DNA from: Felis catus
Taxonomy: Eukaryota
Length of the DNA: 64,000 nt
Reading direction: 5' to 3'
Assembly (NCBI RefSeq): GCF_018350175.1
Contig: NC_058368.1
Span: forward strand, 224,318,001 to 224,382,000
Part shown: positions 38,340 to 50,545 of the stretch, in pieces
Layout of the letters: the number at the start of each line of letters is the position of its first letter
Position numbering within the stretch: the first letter of the stretch is position 1
Made by a program: the position numbers and the translations under genes
The notes under the pieces: model-generated
Told to the model about the DNA's origin: nothing
Database searches by the model: none
Seen by the model: the letters and a program-made list of their open reading frames with translations, nothing else

Positions 38340-38398
38340 CTTTTTTCAGTTTTTTGAAGTTTGTTTATTTATTGTGAGAAACATAGAACAGAAAGAGA

Positions 38399-38434
<36 letters not shown>

Positions 38435-38611
38435 GTGGGAGAGGGGCAGAGAGAGCGGGGACAGAGGATCCAAAGCAGGCTCCATGCTGACAGCAGAGAC
38501 CCTGATCAGGCTCAGACTCACCTGAGATCATGACCTGATCATGATCTGAGATCAAGATCATGACCTGAGCCAAAGTTGGACACTTAACCAACTGAGCCAC
38601 CCAGGTACCCC
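38340..38611 (-). mobile_element. CanSINE with internal duplication
   Basis: TSD aaatgtctataat at 38323-38335 and 38612-38624; gatcatga[c/t]ctga occurs three times at 38521-38570. Confidence 0.93.
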
Positions 38612-38811
38612 AAATGTCTATAATAACTCTTGAACTGGGCTGAGAAAAGCACTGCTACAGGAAGTTGAAGGTATAATTTGGAAATGTTTACAAGGGAAGA
38701 TTCTAGGTAGAAAAATGTCAAAGAAGATTAAATATGCAAAACTAATAGACATTAGCAAAACTTGTACAAGGTGATTGTGACTGCAGAATATTTGTGCGAG
38801 ATGGTCTAGAC

Positions 38812-38967
38812 CAGCGGTTCTCAATATGTACTACACATAATACATGAAGAGCTTACAAAAACACAGATTTCTGGGTCCTGCTCACCAAGTATCTGGAATG
38901 GGACCTAGTAATGTGTATTTGTGACAAATTCCTGCTGGTCCAGAGGGCATACTTTTTAGGACCATGG
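38812..38967 (-). mobile_element. MER5A-like hAT MITE
   Basis: Terminus cagcggttctcaa; perfect 8-bp TSD gtctagac at 38804-38811 and 38968-38975. Confidence 0.88.
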
Positions 38968-39188
38968 GTCTAGACTATATATGCAAACAATAATACATAA
39001 TCTAGACATATATAATATATACCACCGATCATATATATGAGTCTCTAAATTAGTCTAGGCCAGAGGTTCCATGATACATAATATATACTCAATTTTAGGG
39101 CAATACCCGGGGCATATATAAGTCTGGTGTATAGTCCTAAGTATATACCTCTTTCCCAGGTGGAGAACCCTGTTAAAAAATCAGTAGC

Positions 39189-39549
39189 CCTTCATGAGGG
39201 CATTATGCTAAGTGAGGTAAATCAGAGAAAGACAGTTACTGTACGATATATATGTGGAATCGAGAAAAGCCAAACTTATAGAAACAGAGGGTAGCGTGGC
39301 ATTTACCAGGATGTGGGGTGGGGAGGAGTTCTGGGGCTCTAAGGCATGGTGTTGTGATAATAGCTAGCAACACTGTATTGCGCACGTAATTGCTAAAAGA
39401 CTGGATCTGTAATGTTTTCGCCACAAATAAGATATGATAATTATGTGATGTCATAGATATGTTAGCTAATGTGATGGTCGTGATCATATTGCAATGTATA
39501 TCAAATCCACATGTTGTACACCTAAAATGTACACAGTGTTTAAAAAAAA
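39189..39549 (+). mobile_element. Older L1 3' end (L1MA/MB-like)
   Basis: gagggcattatgctaagtga...cagagaaagaca...tgttgtacacc...A tail. Confidence 0.8.
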
Positions 39550-39607
39550 CCTAGCTGGCTAAAAGTTGTGCAGTGTGCCATTCGGTGTTAGAAGTCTGTG
39601 GATCAAT

Positions 39608-39828
39608 GGGGAGCCTGGGTGGCTCTGTCAGTTAAGCGTCAGACTTCGGCTCAGGTCATGATCTCATGGTTCATGAGTTGGAGTCCCGCCTCGGGCTCTG
39701 TGCTGACAGCTCAGAGCCTGAAGCCCGCTTTGGATTCTGTGTCTCCCTCTCTTTCTCTCTCTCCCCTGCTCACCCTCTGTATCTCTTTCTCTCAAAAATA
39801 ATAAACATTAAAAACAAATTTTAAAAAG
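39608..39828 (+). mobile_element. CanSINE
   Basis: TSD agtctgtggatc at 39593 and 39829. Confidence 0.95.
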
Positions 39829-40836
39829 AGTCTGTGGATCGATACGTATAAAGCCGCACAGAACGTAAAGAATATTTTTTTAAAAATCTAAACTTCCAAA
39901 AAGTTTTTAATCTAGTCATATTTCTAATTATGAATGGGCAAAGACTAAATCCAGTCAATAAAATGATAAAATCAGATTATTTGTTTTGAATGGATTTTAA
40001 AAATGACACGGGTTTGAACACTCATGTAGATGGAAGGAAGGATTTTCAATTTTGCCATGCATAAAAATCATCTGAACATTTGAGTTTTTAAAAGCTCCCT
40101 AGAGATTTCCAATCTTCAGCCCAGATTGAGAATTACTAAAAACTCAGCATCTATGTGCATTAATACTGCAGAACATAGCATACATTTAGGGACTTGAGCA
40201 ATGTGGAAACAATAGAATGTCGAACAAAAATCATTAAAGTGAAGGAAGAAAAAAATTGCTGGAAAATGTTGTTATAGTCATTTTTTAGATGGTATTTAGC
40301 TTATACAGTCCCGATATGAATACACAATATTTATAGGTGTTTCTAAGCACTGACTCTCAAACGTACTTGTGTAGTAGATTATCTAGGCTTTAAACATGAC
40401 TGATATCTGTATCTTACCCTCTAAGACTCTGAATTAATTATTCTGGGATACAGCTTAGGCATTAGTGATTTAAAGCCCTCCTCAGGTGATTTCTTTATAA
40501 ATTTAAAACCACAAAATTTGATAGAAATGACTAGGAAAATTAGCATGCATTTCAAATAAGTGTTGTGAGGAGAAATGAGTAGACATCTGGATTCATAACT
40601 CCCTGCATACGAAATGGATATGTAATAGATCATCATTTCAGATAAAAATATTGAGACTTTGAAAGTCTTAAAATACAGCATGTTTTTTTTCTACATACAT
40701 CTTTATATTTGAGAAGGTTATTTGAGCACACAAGTATATACATATATACAAATGCACTGATGCTTATAAATTAATGAACAAATAAGTCGTGAAAACTATA
40801 AAACCAAAAAATCCATGTAAAAATATTGATGCTTCA

Positions 40837-41047
40837 GGGGCGCCTGGGTGGTTCAGTCGGTTAAGCGTCCAACTTCGCCTCAGGTCATGGTCTCACGGGC
40901 CGTGGGTTCAAGCCCTGAATCTGGCTCTGTGCCGACAGCCCAGAGCCTGGAGCCTGATTCTGTGTCTGCCTCTTTCTCTGCCCTTCCCCCGCTTGTGCTC
41001 GGTCTCTCTCTCTGTCTCAAAAATAAATAAAGCATTATTATTTTTTT
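40837..41047 (+). mobile_element. CanSINE
   Basis: TSD aaatattgatgct at 40821-40833 and 41048-41060. Confidence 0.95.
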
Positions 41048-43861
41048 AAATATTGATGCTGTATAGACGTGTGAAAATTATGTGCAACTGCCACAACAAG
41101 CTAATGGAGCTTAATTTATTTGTGTGTTGATGGGTCACGTCACCAAAGTGCTCCTTGCACGGTGGGCTTTGGGGGGAGAGGATATGAGATTTGAATCACC
41201 ACAAACTCCCTGGATTCTCCAAACAACACTCACTTCCCAACAGGATTAAATTAAATAATTACATGAAAATTATACTAATTTTTTCATGCAAGGTATTAAT
41301 CACATTAGTCAATACTTTACATGTTGTGATTATGCAAAATTAATTGTTTTTTTAATGTATTCATGAGTTGTAGAAGCTTCATGTTGGATGGAGACTTAAT
41401 TAGCATCTATCTAGTCCCTTAACCAGTATAATGATAGTCTCTTTCAGATCACTATATCATTTCTTCAACTTCAAAAGGAATTATCCATAAAAAATATGAG
41501 TTTTTGTTTTAATAGTTTAGAAGATAGCTTCAGTATATTTTATGAAATCAATCACAAGTAAGGATGATTCGCAAAGCATGTCTTAAAAATCATCATGCAT
41601 AACACATGTGAGCTTTATAAGTGTGACTTATGAGAAAAACATATCTCAATAAATAGCTATAAATGTATATGTTTTTATATATATATATATATAAAATAAT
41701 TCCCAATGGAAATCAGTTGATGTGAAATACAAATAATATCATAATGACATTCAATCCGTTCCTCTACATGTATAATCTAACTGTAGAGAATTGGAGATGC
41801 AAATTAAAATAAAAATTCATTGCACACGAAAATTTTTAAGAATACCTTTCCATCTGGGAATTCCCAAAAGGAAAGAATTTTAAAAGCTAAGAATGCTTTA
41901 ATAACACAGTAGAAAAACTTATGTGGCTTATCCTATAACACCATTCTGTAATATCTCAAGTTCTGTCTATTGCCAAAGTTAGAAGGATCCTATACATTTT
42001 TTAGAACAATACTTTTGGGAATTCTCTTTGCAAACATTTAACTTGGTTTTGTAAATGTAGAGTTCAGTTCTGGGATGTACCTTTCTATCCTGCACCTTCA
42101 AATTCAGTTTGCTGTGAAAATAGTGGGCTGGCTGGCTACAGAAGCCTGTCTACCCTGCACATCCCCGCCACATGTATTTATCTCCCCTCCCAAGCCTGGG
42201 GGAGGCTCATTCAGAATGGCATACTCTTCAGGAATATCAAATTGGAGAAAAATGGAAAGAACGAAACATTTTCAAACTTTATTAAATTTCCTTCCCAGCA
42301 GACTGGTTGGATGTTTCACTGTTTTTCTGCCCCAGTGGTCGCTGACTACTGTGTCTGGCTGGCAGGTCCAGAGAAGAAAGAATTCTCTTCAAGAGTAGCG
42401 TCACTCTCCTAAGCAAATGGATGCAAGTTTTGAGACGGAGGCTGTTAGTTACTCATTATCCATGCATGCCTTTAATCCTCGAGCACTCTTAGTCTGTTGC
42501 TCACAGAACAACCCTCTTTTAGGAACCATGTCATATACCTCCTGTATCAGATATCTTAGGGGAGCACACTGCGAAAGGTCATGACAAGATCGCACAATCT
42601 GCCATAGAATTTTTACGTTCCCAGAAAAGTAGTCCTCTTAAGGATTGTTGCTTTCTTACACAGATGGAGAAAAGCCTCTCTTTTCTCACCTGGCTTCTGA
42701 AGCACACATTTCTGGCACAGCCTGACCAGAATCTGGAATCCCAGGAGAAGGAGCGTTTGTGACTGCTATAAGGCAGGTCTCCCAGTCTTATAAAATCCTC
42801 TTCATTCTGCTCAATACACAACTTCTAGAGCAAAACACACACCCTCCCCCTTCAAACCCCTACCTAAGTAGCCATAGGAATGGGAAAATTCCACTCACCA
42901 CGATGGTAAACATCTTCTCCCTTCCTCCTCTTTGAAAGAAGGAGAGGGGGATCCAATTCAGGAGCATGGGAGAAAAAGACACTGCAAGGCAGTCTTCATT
43001 TCCCTGTGCGTGTCCTGCCTTGCCCCAGCAGGGACTTGCTGAGTGAACTCCTGGTGGTAAACTGCCAGCACCTGGCAGTGGTCAAGTGCAAAGGGACCAG
43101 CAGCGAGGAGCATTCTGGCTTCTTTTGGTGGGTCCACTTTGCTCATTCCAATCACCAACGGGAGGAAAGAAAAGATGGTTTATGTTATCAGTGAATTCAA
43201 AAGAAAGAACAAAAAGCAAGCTCAGTCCGGAGTTTCTGGCGCTCCTTTAAATCTGTCTGCCTGCAGAGAAAGTGTTCGTTGTGTTTTGGTTTGCTTTCTG
43301 GTCTCAGCCTTGTCATACGGTTACACAGGCAGTATCTGCTCCTCAAGAAGAGGTCTATGTATCCCCAGCTCTTCCTCTGACTGGGCAAGTGTGTTAATTC
43401 TGGATGGAGTAGTAGGAAACCCATTGTGGCTGCCTCTTTTGGCCACACATTCCAATCCGGGCTCCATCAGTAATACAGTTGACATTTTTTCTCTCTAATA
43501 TTCTGACTTCTGTGATTTATCTCTCAGTTGGCTCTGAACCCAAAGGGGAAAAAATAAAAGAGTATGAGTTTTATCAATCTAGAATTCCTAGTACCAATGA
43601 CTTAACAAGTTAGGTTTCCTTTTCTTTATTTTCTGCTGTCATTGAAATTTGTTCTACTTCCCGTGTAACATACATTAGTCAGCCTGCCTCCTATGCAGTG
43701 CTTATCAAACAAAAGAGTTAGAAAAATATTTTTCTTTTTCCTTGTGTAATCACATCCTACCATACACTCTGTGTCCTAAACACAGCCCCATTTAACTTCA
43801 CTTACATTTCGATATCTGCATTTCCTGTCCTCTACATGAGAACCTTGTTTACCTTTTTTGC

Positions 43862-44127
43862 TTAAAAAATATATATATAATATATATGTTTATAATAATA
43901 TATATTATATATATAATATACATATATATATACATAAATTTTTTTTGAGAGAGAGAGAGAACATGAGCAGGGGCAGAGGAGGGTTAGAGAAAGAAGGAGA
44001 GAGAGAATCTCAAGCAGGCTCCGTGCTGTCAGTACAGAGCTCCAGGCGGGCCTGGATCCCAGGAACTGTGAGATCATGACCTGAGCCGAAATCAAGAGTC
44101 AGGCGCTCATGGAACTGAGGCCCACAG
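43862..44127 (-). mobile_element. CanSINE with TA-rich tail
   Basis: gagatcatgacctgagccgaaatcaagagtc core and GA tract. Confidence 0.88.
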
Positions 44128-44295
44128 ATGAGGTGATCCCTTTATCTCTTTTGAGGAAAGACTGATTACTAGCCAAGAGCCAATAGGAAGATTCTACTCC
44201 TAAGAAAAAAGAGACATCTTTTTTAAGAGAGTCACGTAAGATGCTCAGGGAATTTAACTGTTCATTACCAAGTGAGTGCCCTACCTACACCATGC

Positions 44296-44347
<52 letters not shown>

Positions 44348-44707
44348 AAATAAAACTTACAAGAAGTTATGACATATATTAGAATATCAATAGTCTTAAG
44401 GGATTCTGCAATAAATTTAATTTAATTCTGTGTAATCTAGCATTTTCCAAATATTCTTTATAGTGGGAGATTTCATTTGTGTGCTTGTTTATTTCACCTA
44501 AAACATTAGCGTCTCCTACTTCTGGGATTTTCTCCATTGTCCCTAGCCTTGCTCCATTCTCTATAAGAATAATGATGACCGGATTCATTAGACATTTATT
44601 GGTTATTTTGTTTTAATTTAGCAGCCTTCCTCACTCTATTGTAAATACCATAAGAGCAGAACTTATCTGTTAAGTTTTGTTTCATCACCAATATTTAAAA
44701 ACTTCCA

Positions 44708-44932
44708 GGGGCGCCTGGGTGGCGCAGTCGGTTAAGCGTCCGACTTCAGCCAGGTCACGATCTCGCGGTCCGGGAGTTCGAGCCCCGCGTCAGGCTCCGG
44801 GCTGATGGCTCGGAGCCTGGAGCCTGTTTCCGATTCTGTGTCTCCCTCTCTCTCTGCCCCTCCCCCGTTCATGCTCTGTCTCTCTCTGTCCCAAAAATAA
44901 ATAAAAACGTTGAAAAAATAAATAAATAAAAA
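44708..44932 (+). mobile_element. Young felid CanSINE
   Basis: TSD taaaaacttcca at 44696-44707 and 44933-44944. Confidence 0.97.
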
Positions 44933-45053
44933 TAAAAACTTCCAGAATCCGTTCCAAAGAGTGTTTCATTGAGCTTTAATTACCTAATGCTTCTCTGTCT
45001 TCCTTATTTTTATGTTCTAAACTCAGGATTTTCTCTCTGATTAAGAGTATTTA

Positions 45054-45264
45054 GGGGGCGCCTGGGTGGCTCAGTTGGTTAAGCGTCCAACTCTTGGTCT
45101 TGGCTCAGGTCATGATCTCACAGTTTGTGGGTTAAAGCCCTGCGTCAGGCTCTGTGCTGACAGTGCAGAGCCTGCTTAGGATTTCTCTCTCCCTGTCTCT
45201 GCTTCTTCCCTACTTGCTCTCCCTCTCTCTCAAAAAATAAAAATAAACATAAAAATTTTTTTAA
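45054..45264 (+). mobile_element. CanSINE
   Basis: TSD aag[a/g]gtattta. Confidence 0.93.
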
Positions 45265-46109
45265 AAGGGTATTTAAACCGCATGTCAGCACTTGTCAAAG
45301 CTATCTGATAGAAAAAACTCATGTTCTATTTTATTTTCTATCCCTCCTTTTCTACTCATATGCAAAGGTATACAATTATCATAAGTCCGTATAATAAAAT
45401 CTATACTAATAAGTTGGAAGTTTCCTATTACATCGCTTGTACTAGGAAAAATTATTAAAAATTCCTTTTGGGTCATATTTTTTGGCCAAATTTCTTACTG
45501 ATAATATTTCAAAGTTGAAAGAAACTGCTTTTGGTTTTGGGGTTTTTTCCCCGCTTTTTTCTTTGCCAGTACCATTTTACCAAGTTCCAGCAGAAACTTC
45601 AACCTTTCTATGTCATGAAACTTGCCAAATTTTCATCCAGTCTAAAACAAAAAATAACAATTTTCCAAATAAGATTGACTTGGATTTTTAACGTATTGAG
45701 TAGTAGTTTTTAAACAGGGGTGGAATGACCAAGCCACCTGGACATGTTATGAAGTCTGGCTCTATCCAAACTTGTCCCCTCTTGGTTTCTTTCTACACGC
45801 AATATGCTGCCAGGAATTTAAATGGTTTTCAGCTGGGCAGTGAACAACACTTCTTTACTGTAAAACATCTCACTTCATATCTGAGCACAGTTCATTCTCT
45901 TGAACTGTGAACACCACTTCTTGGTTAAGACTCTGGTATTGTTCTGTAGAATTACAGTTACAGTTACCGTTTCTCCAGAAAACCCTATGTTCGCGCTTAT
46001 CATAAAGCTTTGGTTTGCATTTCTGTCTGGGAAAAAAAATACAAATCTTGCTAGGTTTTCCTCTCTATGTATTAAATAATGACTCCTTTAAAGATTTTGT
46101 TTTTCACAG

Positions 46110-46175
46110 GAGCGTGGAAATAGAGATACCTTGTGCGTTGTTGTCAAAGTGAACGCCATACAACATTTATGGCAG
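46110..46175 (+). other. Candidate exon (66 nt, phase 0-0, open) ERGNRDTLCVVVKVNAIQHLWQ
   Basis: Strong acceptor ttttgtttttcacag, donor cag|gtaaca, open symmetric frame. Confidence 0.35.
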
Positions 46176-46257
46176 GTAACAAAGCCTTCCTTTCTAGCAT
46201 TTTCTACAGACTTGTTTTGGCACATAAATACATTTCCTATGGTTTTGTCCATTATAG

Positions 46258-46314
46258 ATTCCAAAATTTCAAGTCATGGCAGGATAACTTGGATCTAGAG
46301 AAGGAATGTATTTG
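46258..46314 (+). other. Candidate exon (57 nt, phase 0-0) IPKFQVMAG*LGSREGMYL
   Basis: 82-nt intron-like gap from the previous segment, acceptor gtccattatag, donor tg|gtatgt; one TAA. Confidence 0.25.
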
Positions 46315-47022
46315 GTATGTCGCTTGCTTCATGGAAATTTGGTTTACCTCATTTGGATAGATTTTGTTTTATTGTGAGAAACATCTTCCGTTATAGATTT
46401 TGTCCAATTTACAAAATAAATGGAAAGGAAAGAAACAAAGAGTCCGATATTTTCTTCTACTCAGAAGAGAAAGTTGGCTAGCTTTCATTTATCTCCTTCC
46501 TAGAAGTCCCATTTTTTAAATGATTTTTTTCTGAGAAAGTTTGTGTGCTCTGACGAAAGATGAATCAGTTTGATTTTAAAGTATTAAAGCCTTGATATAT
46601 TGTTTGCAAGACACTTACTCATAGTGCTACTTGAAATGAAAGTTTGGCAAGAGTAAAGGTTAATACCAGAGTAACTCTTTCAATTACTCTCTCAGAAATC
46701 TGCCTCTAAAATGCTTTTAGATTACTCATTTCAGAAATACACTCTGAATCACATTGATAGAAGAGGTCCCTTCTGCCTTTCGTCTGACTTCTGTTCCCAT
46801 GCTCTCAGTAACTGTTCAGATCCTTGAGATCATATAATTCAGTCTTTTCTTTGTGTAATGCATTCTTGTTTTATATTGTGTGACAGAAGGAAAAAAAAAC
46901 AGAAGAGTCAGTATAAATTGAAGAACTGTAATTCATTCAATGTGGGAGAAAGCAGTCCCGATTACCAGAGAATGCTGACAACGTATTTGTAGACATAATA
47001 AATTCTAAACCTTAATGCACAG

Positions 47023-47414
47023 TGTATTCATCAGCTCATGTTGACATAACGAAATACCACAGACTGAGTAACTTAAATAACAGAAAATTATTTATCACAC
47101 TTCTGGAGGCTGGAAGTCCAAGATCAAGGTGCTTGCAAGGTAAGTTTCATTCTGAGGCCTCTGCTCTTGCCTTAAGACAGGTGCCATCTTGCTGTAGGAT
47201 CACATGACCTCTTCTTGTCTGTTTGGAGGGAGAAAACCAGCTCTCTGGTGCCTCTTACCCAAGGATACTACTCCTATCAGACAAGGGCACTGACCTCATG
47301 ACCTCATTTAACATTAATTACCTCCCAAAGTCCCCATCTCCATATACTATCACCCAGGAAGTTAGCACATCAACATATGAGTATTTGAGGGACACAAACC
47401 TTCAGTCCATAACA
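47023..47414 (-). mobile_element. MLT1A-like MaLR solo LTR
   Basis: TG...CA ends, 5-bp TSD cacag at 47018-47022 and 47415-47419, ctggaggctggaagtccaagatcaaggtg core. Confidence 0.92.
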
Positions 47415-48159
47415 CACAGTATCAACATCTTAATAATTTTTTATGTCAAAGATGAAGACTCTTACTTCTTGTGAATTATGAGTTTGGTGAAGGTATGCAC
47501 CAGTTGGATCCCCTGGGAAACAGACACTGAAATGGAGTTAAAATTCCACACAATTTATTAGGGGATAATATCAGTGAAGAGATAAAAGGAGGGAGAAGGA
47601 GGACTGGGCAGGGAAATCCTTCAAACCAAGGTGCATATCTGACACATGAGAAAGGATTAAGTAAGAAAAATAGTGCAGCTAGACTAGCGGACTGCAACCT
47701 AGATGTGACGTGATGGTTCCAATGGGAGCTCCAGTGCAACGATTGTCTGTCAGAGGAGTCCTGCATTGGGCAGAAACAGTCAGTCTTTGGTGTATTTACC
47801 ATTGCCACTTACCAGGTCAGGCGATCCAAAAAGAGCGTGACGTCTTTTCAAAAGCAAAGGAAGATCCTGAAGGTACTGAGGCCGCAGGCTGTCAGCTAAG
47901 TGCACTACCTTGATGAGCCTCAGGTGGTGCATCTCCATCCATGGTTGTCACAGACTCACTCTTGTGTCATGTGGGTTGACTTCTACAAACATTTAAAGGA
48001 GCAGTTCCTCCAGATTCTAGTAGGCTTTTCTTGTTGGAAACAAAATGTAGAAGAATGAGATTCATAAGATAATTTCAGCCTCAGCTGCTACAATTTTTTT
48101 AGTGTCATAACTGGTGCTCATCACCCACTTACATTATACATTTAAAATTTGTTGGCCTA

Positions 48160-48405
48160 GGGGCACCTGGGTAGCTCAGCTGGTTACACATCCGACTTCG
48201 GCTTAGGTCATGAGCTCACCGTTTGTGGGTTCGAGCCCCAAGCTGGGTTCTGTGTTGACAGCTCAGAGCCTGGAGCTTGCTTTGGGTTCTGTGTCTCCCA
48301 ATCTCTCTCTGCCCCTCCCCCGCTCACACTCTCTCAAAAATGAATAAATATTTAAAAAATTGGGATAATAAAATAAAATTCAATTAAACAAAATTAAATT
48401 AAAAA
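48160..48405 (+). mobile_element. CanSINE in ERVL
   Basis: TSD at[t/c]tgttggccta. Confidence 0.93.
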
Positions 48406-48992
48406 GATTACATCTGTTGGCCTAACCTATCACCTTTATGGAGTTCACTGTCTTACTTGGTGATAAGACTCAAATTCTCCCTCCTGAGAGATCTTAGCCT
48501 CTAATAAACATACTTTCCTCAGGCTACTTTTGCTGCACTTGCCCATTTATAGTCATAGCTGGGTAATGGAGTAATAAGAGACCCCCCCAGTGGATGACCT
48601 GAGTACCACACATTTTCCTTCCTGACCTCAGTGAGTAACCGCAGCCTTACCACTTCTGGCTGGTCAGGGTCAATTTTCCCTCCCAAGAGAGGCTCCTCCT
48701 CTTGTCTGGTTCAGTGAACACAAGGAGGACAAAGTGTTCAATTGTCAACACTAGTTGGCAGTTCAATATAATCCTTGCTATGTCCTCTGGTAAGTGTGCA
48801 TATCCTATAGACACCAGGCCCTCTAATCATGAAAAGCCCACATTTGCAAACACGGGAATGACAGCGAGCAAGGCTACTCCCACGCCTGATCATTAGTTAC
48901 CAGCTTCTTGTGTTCTTCCTATTGGGAATACATCTGGTACATAGGTCTCTGATTTAGTGTTTACACTAAATGCTAGAGAATAGCACCTCACC

Positions 48993-49209
48993 TTTTTTTT
49001 TTAATTTAATATTTATTTATTTTTGAGAGAGAGAGAGACAGAGCATGAGCAGGAGAAGGACAGAAGGAGAGGGAGACACAGAATCTGAAGCAGGCTCCAG
49101 GCTCCGAGCTGTCAGCACAGAGCCTGATGTGAAGCTTGAACCCATGAACCGCAAGATCATGACCTGAGCCAAAGTTGGACGCCAACCTCCTGAGCCACCC
49201 AGGTGCCCC
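48993..49209 (-). mobile_element. CanSINE in ERVL
   Basis: Flanking repeat tagcacctca. Confidence 0.93.
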
Positions 49210-50084
49210 AGAGTAGCACCTCATCGTTAGAGACTATTGGCTCCAAGCCTGTGCCTCTGTTGTGCCTTTAGGCCATTCCAAGTTCTATCAAGCCAGTGTA
49301 TCTGGATGGAGCATTATGGGACAGAACAAGGGATCACATTGTCATGGGCCCACACCCGTCCAACCTTTGTTGTAAAGGGTGTTTTTTGGACCGATACCAT
49401 TTTGTGTACAAACTCATATTTGTCAATTAAGCACTCCATTATCTTGGATGCTGGTGCTGACTGAGGGTTTATGGGTGGTAAAGGCAAACCTCTACTTGGA
49501 ACAATTGTCTACATTTCTGCAGCCAACTTAATGGCCCTTCAAAGCGAGAAGAATCTCAGTGTGACTGATTGCACTCCACAGGAAATAGTTTCATAATAGT
49601 GGTTTGGAGTTGGTCTATGTTGCTGAGATTTTAGAGATTCAGATGATAACACAACTGGATCGACTATGGCATTTGGGATCTACGCTTTTGGACTCATGTA
49701 TAGTCTCCATGTGGCCACTCCATTTACATGTGTACCATGTCATTTCTGGAGCTGAGTGAAGACAAAAGCAAAAAAATATCAATTGTCCGTCTTTCATCTT
49801 TTTTGTTCTCCAGTGCTTCTTCCACGATGGATGATTTCTTGTCAGAATTAATGAATAATACATATATGTTTCATGTGTGCTCTCTCCTGAGTATCCACAC
49901 ATGTGTTTCTGTTCTAGGCCTCCTTGTCTCTAATCTTCCAGTCCTTTCTGTCTCGGGTCCTTGTGCCATATCATTTGCTGCTGCTCATGAGTAAATGTAT
50001 ATACTCGTCCTGCCTTATTATCATGTCATGGTATAAGATATTTGTGTGTGTGTGTGTGTGCGTGTGTGCACATGAGTGCTCACT

Positions 50085-50545
50085 GTCTTGACATAGTTTT
50101 GAGCCTTGGTGAGAGGCTGGTTAGTTCCCCTTCTCGAGAAGTCCAATAAGCAGCTCCCCCTCCCCAATTAATTCTCAGTCTGGCTTTCATCCTCAGGACC
50201 ACTATACACCCTGGCAATTGTCCCAGGGTCAGGTGACTGACAACCAGGGATGGCCCCTATGACCCAGAACCCTCTGGAATGTTTCACATTATCCTATCCT
50301 ATGCCTGCTTTCCTGGCCTTACCCTAATCCTCGCATAGAAACCATAATAAAATCTTTTTCCCATAGCTACCCCTTGCTCTCCTCCTTATCATAGGTCCTG
50401 GTGTTTCCCTTGAGTCCGACATGGTATGCTGTGTTCTCCCCAGGGGACTATGTGTATAACAATATTGTAAAATTATTTCCAGTTTTCCTCCTTTGATCTG
50501 CATCTAGTGTCACCATTTCTCACCCAAGATAATACGGTTAAAACA
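50085..50545 (+). mobile_element. MER74-like LTR nested in ERVL
   Basis: ccactatacacc...gacaaccagggatggcccctatgacccaga...aaaccataataaa...ttaaaaca resembles remembered MER74. Confidence 0.7.

Noticed and set aside
38521..38570. Triplicated gatcatga[c/t]ctga within a SINE
   Set aside because: Single-copy slippage event with no sign of function.
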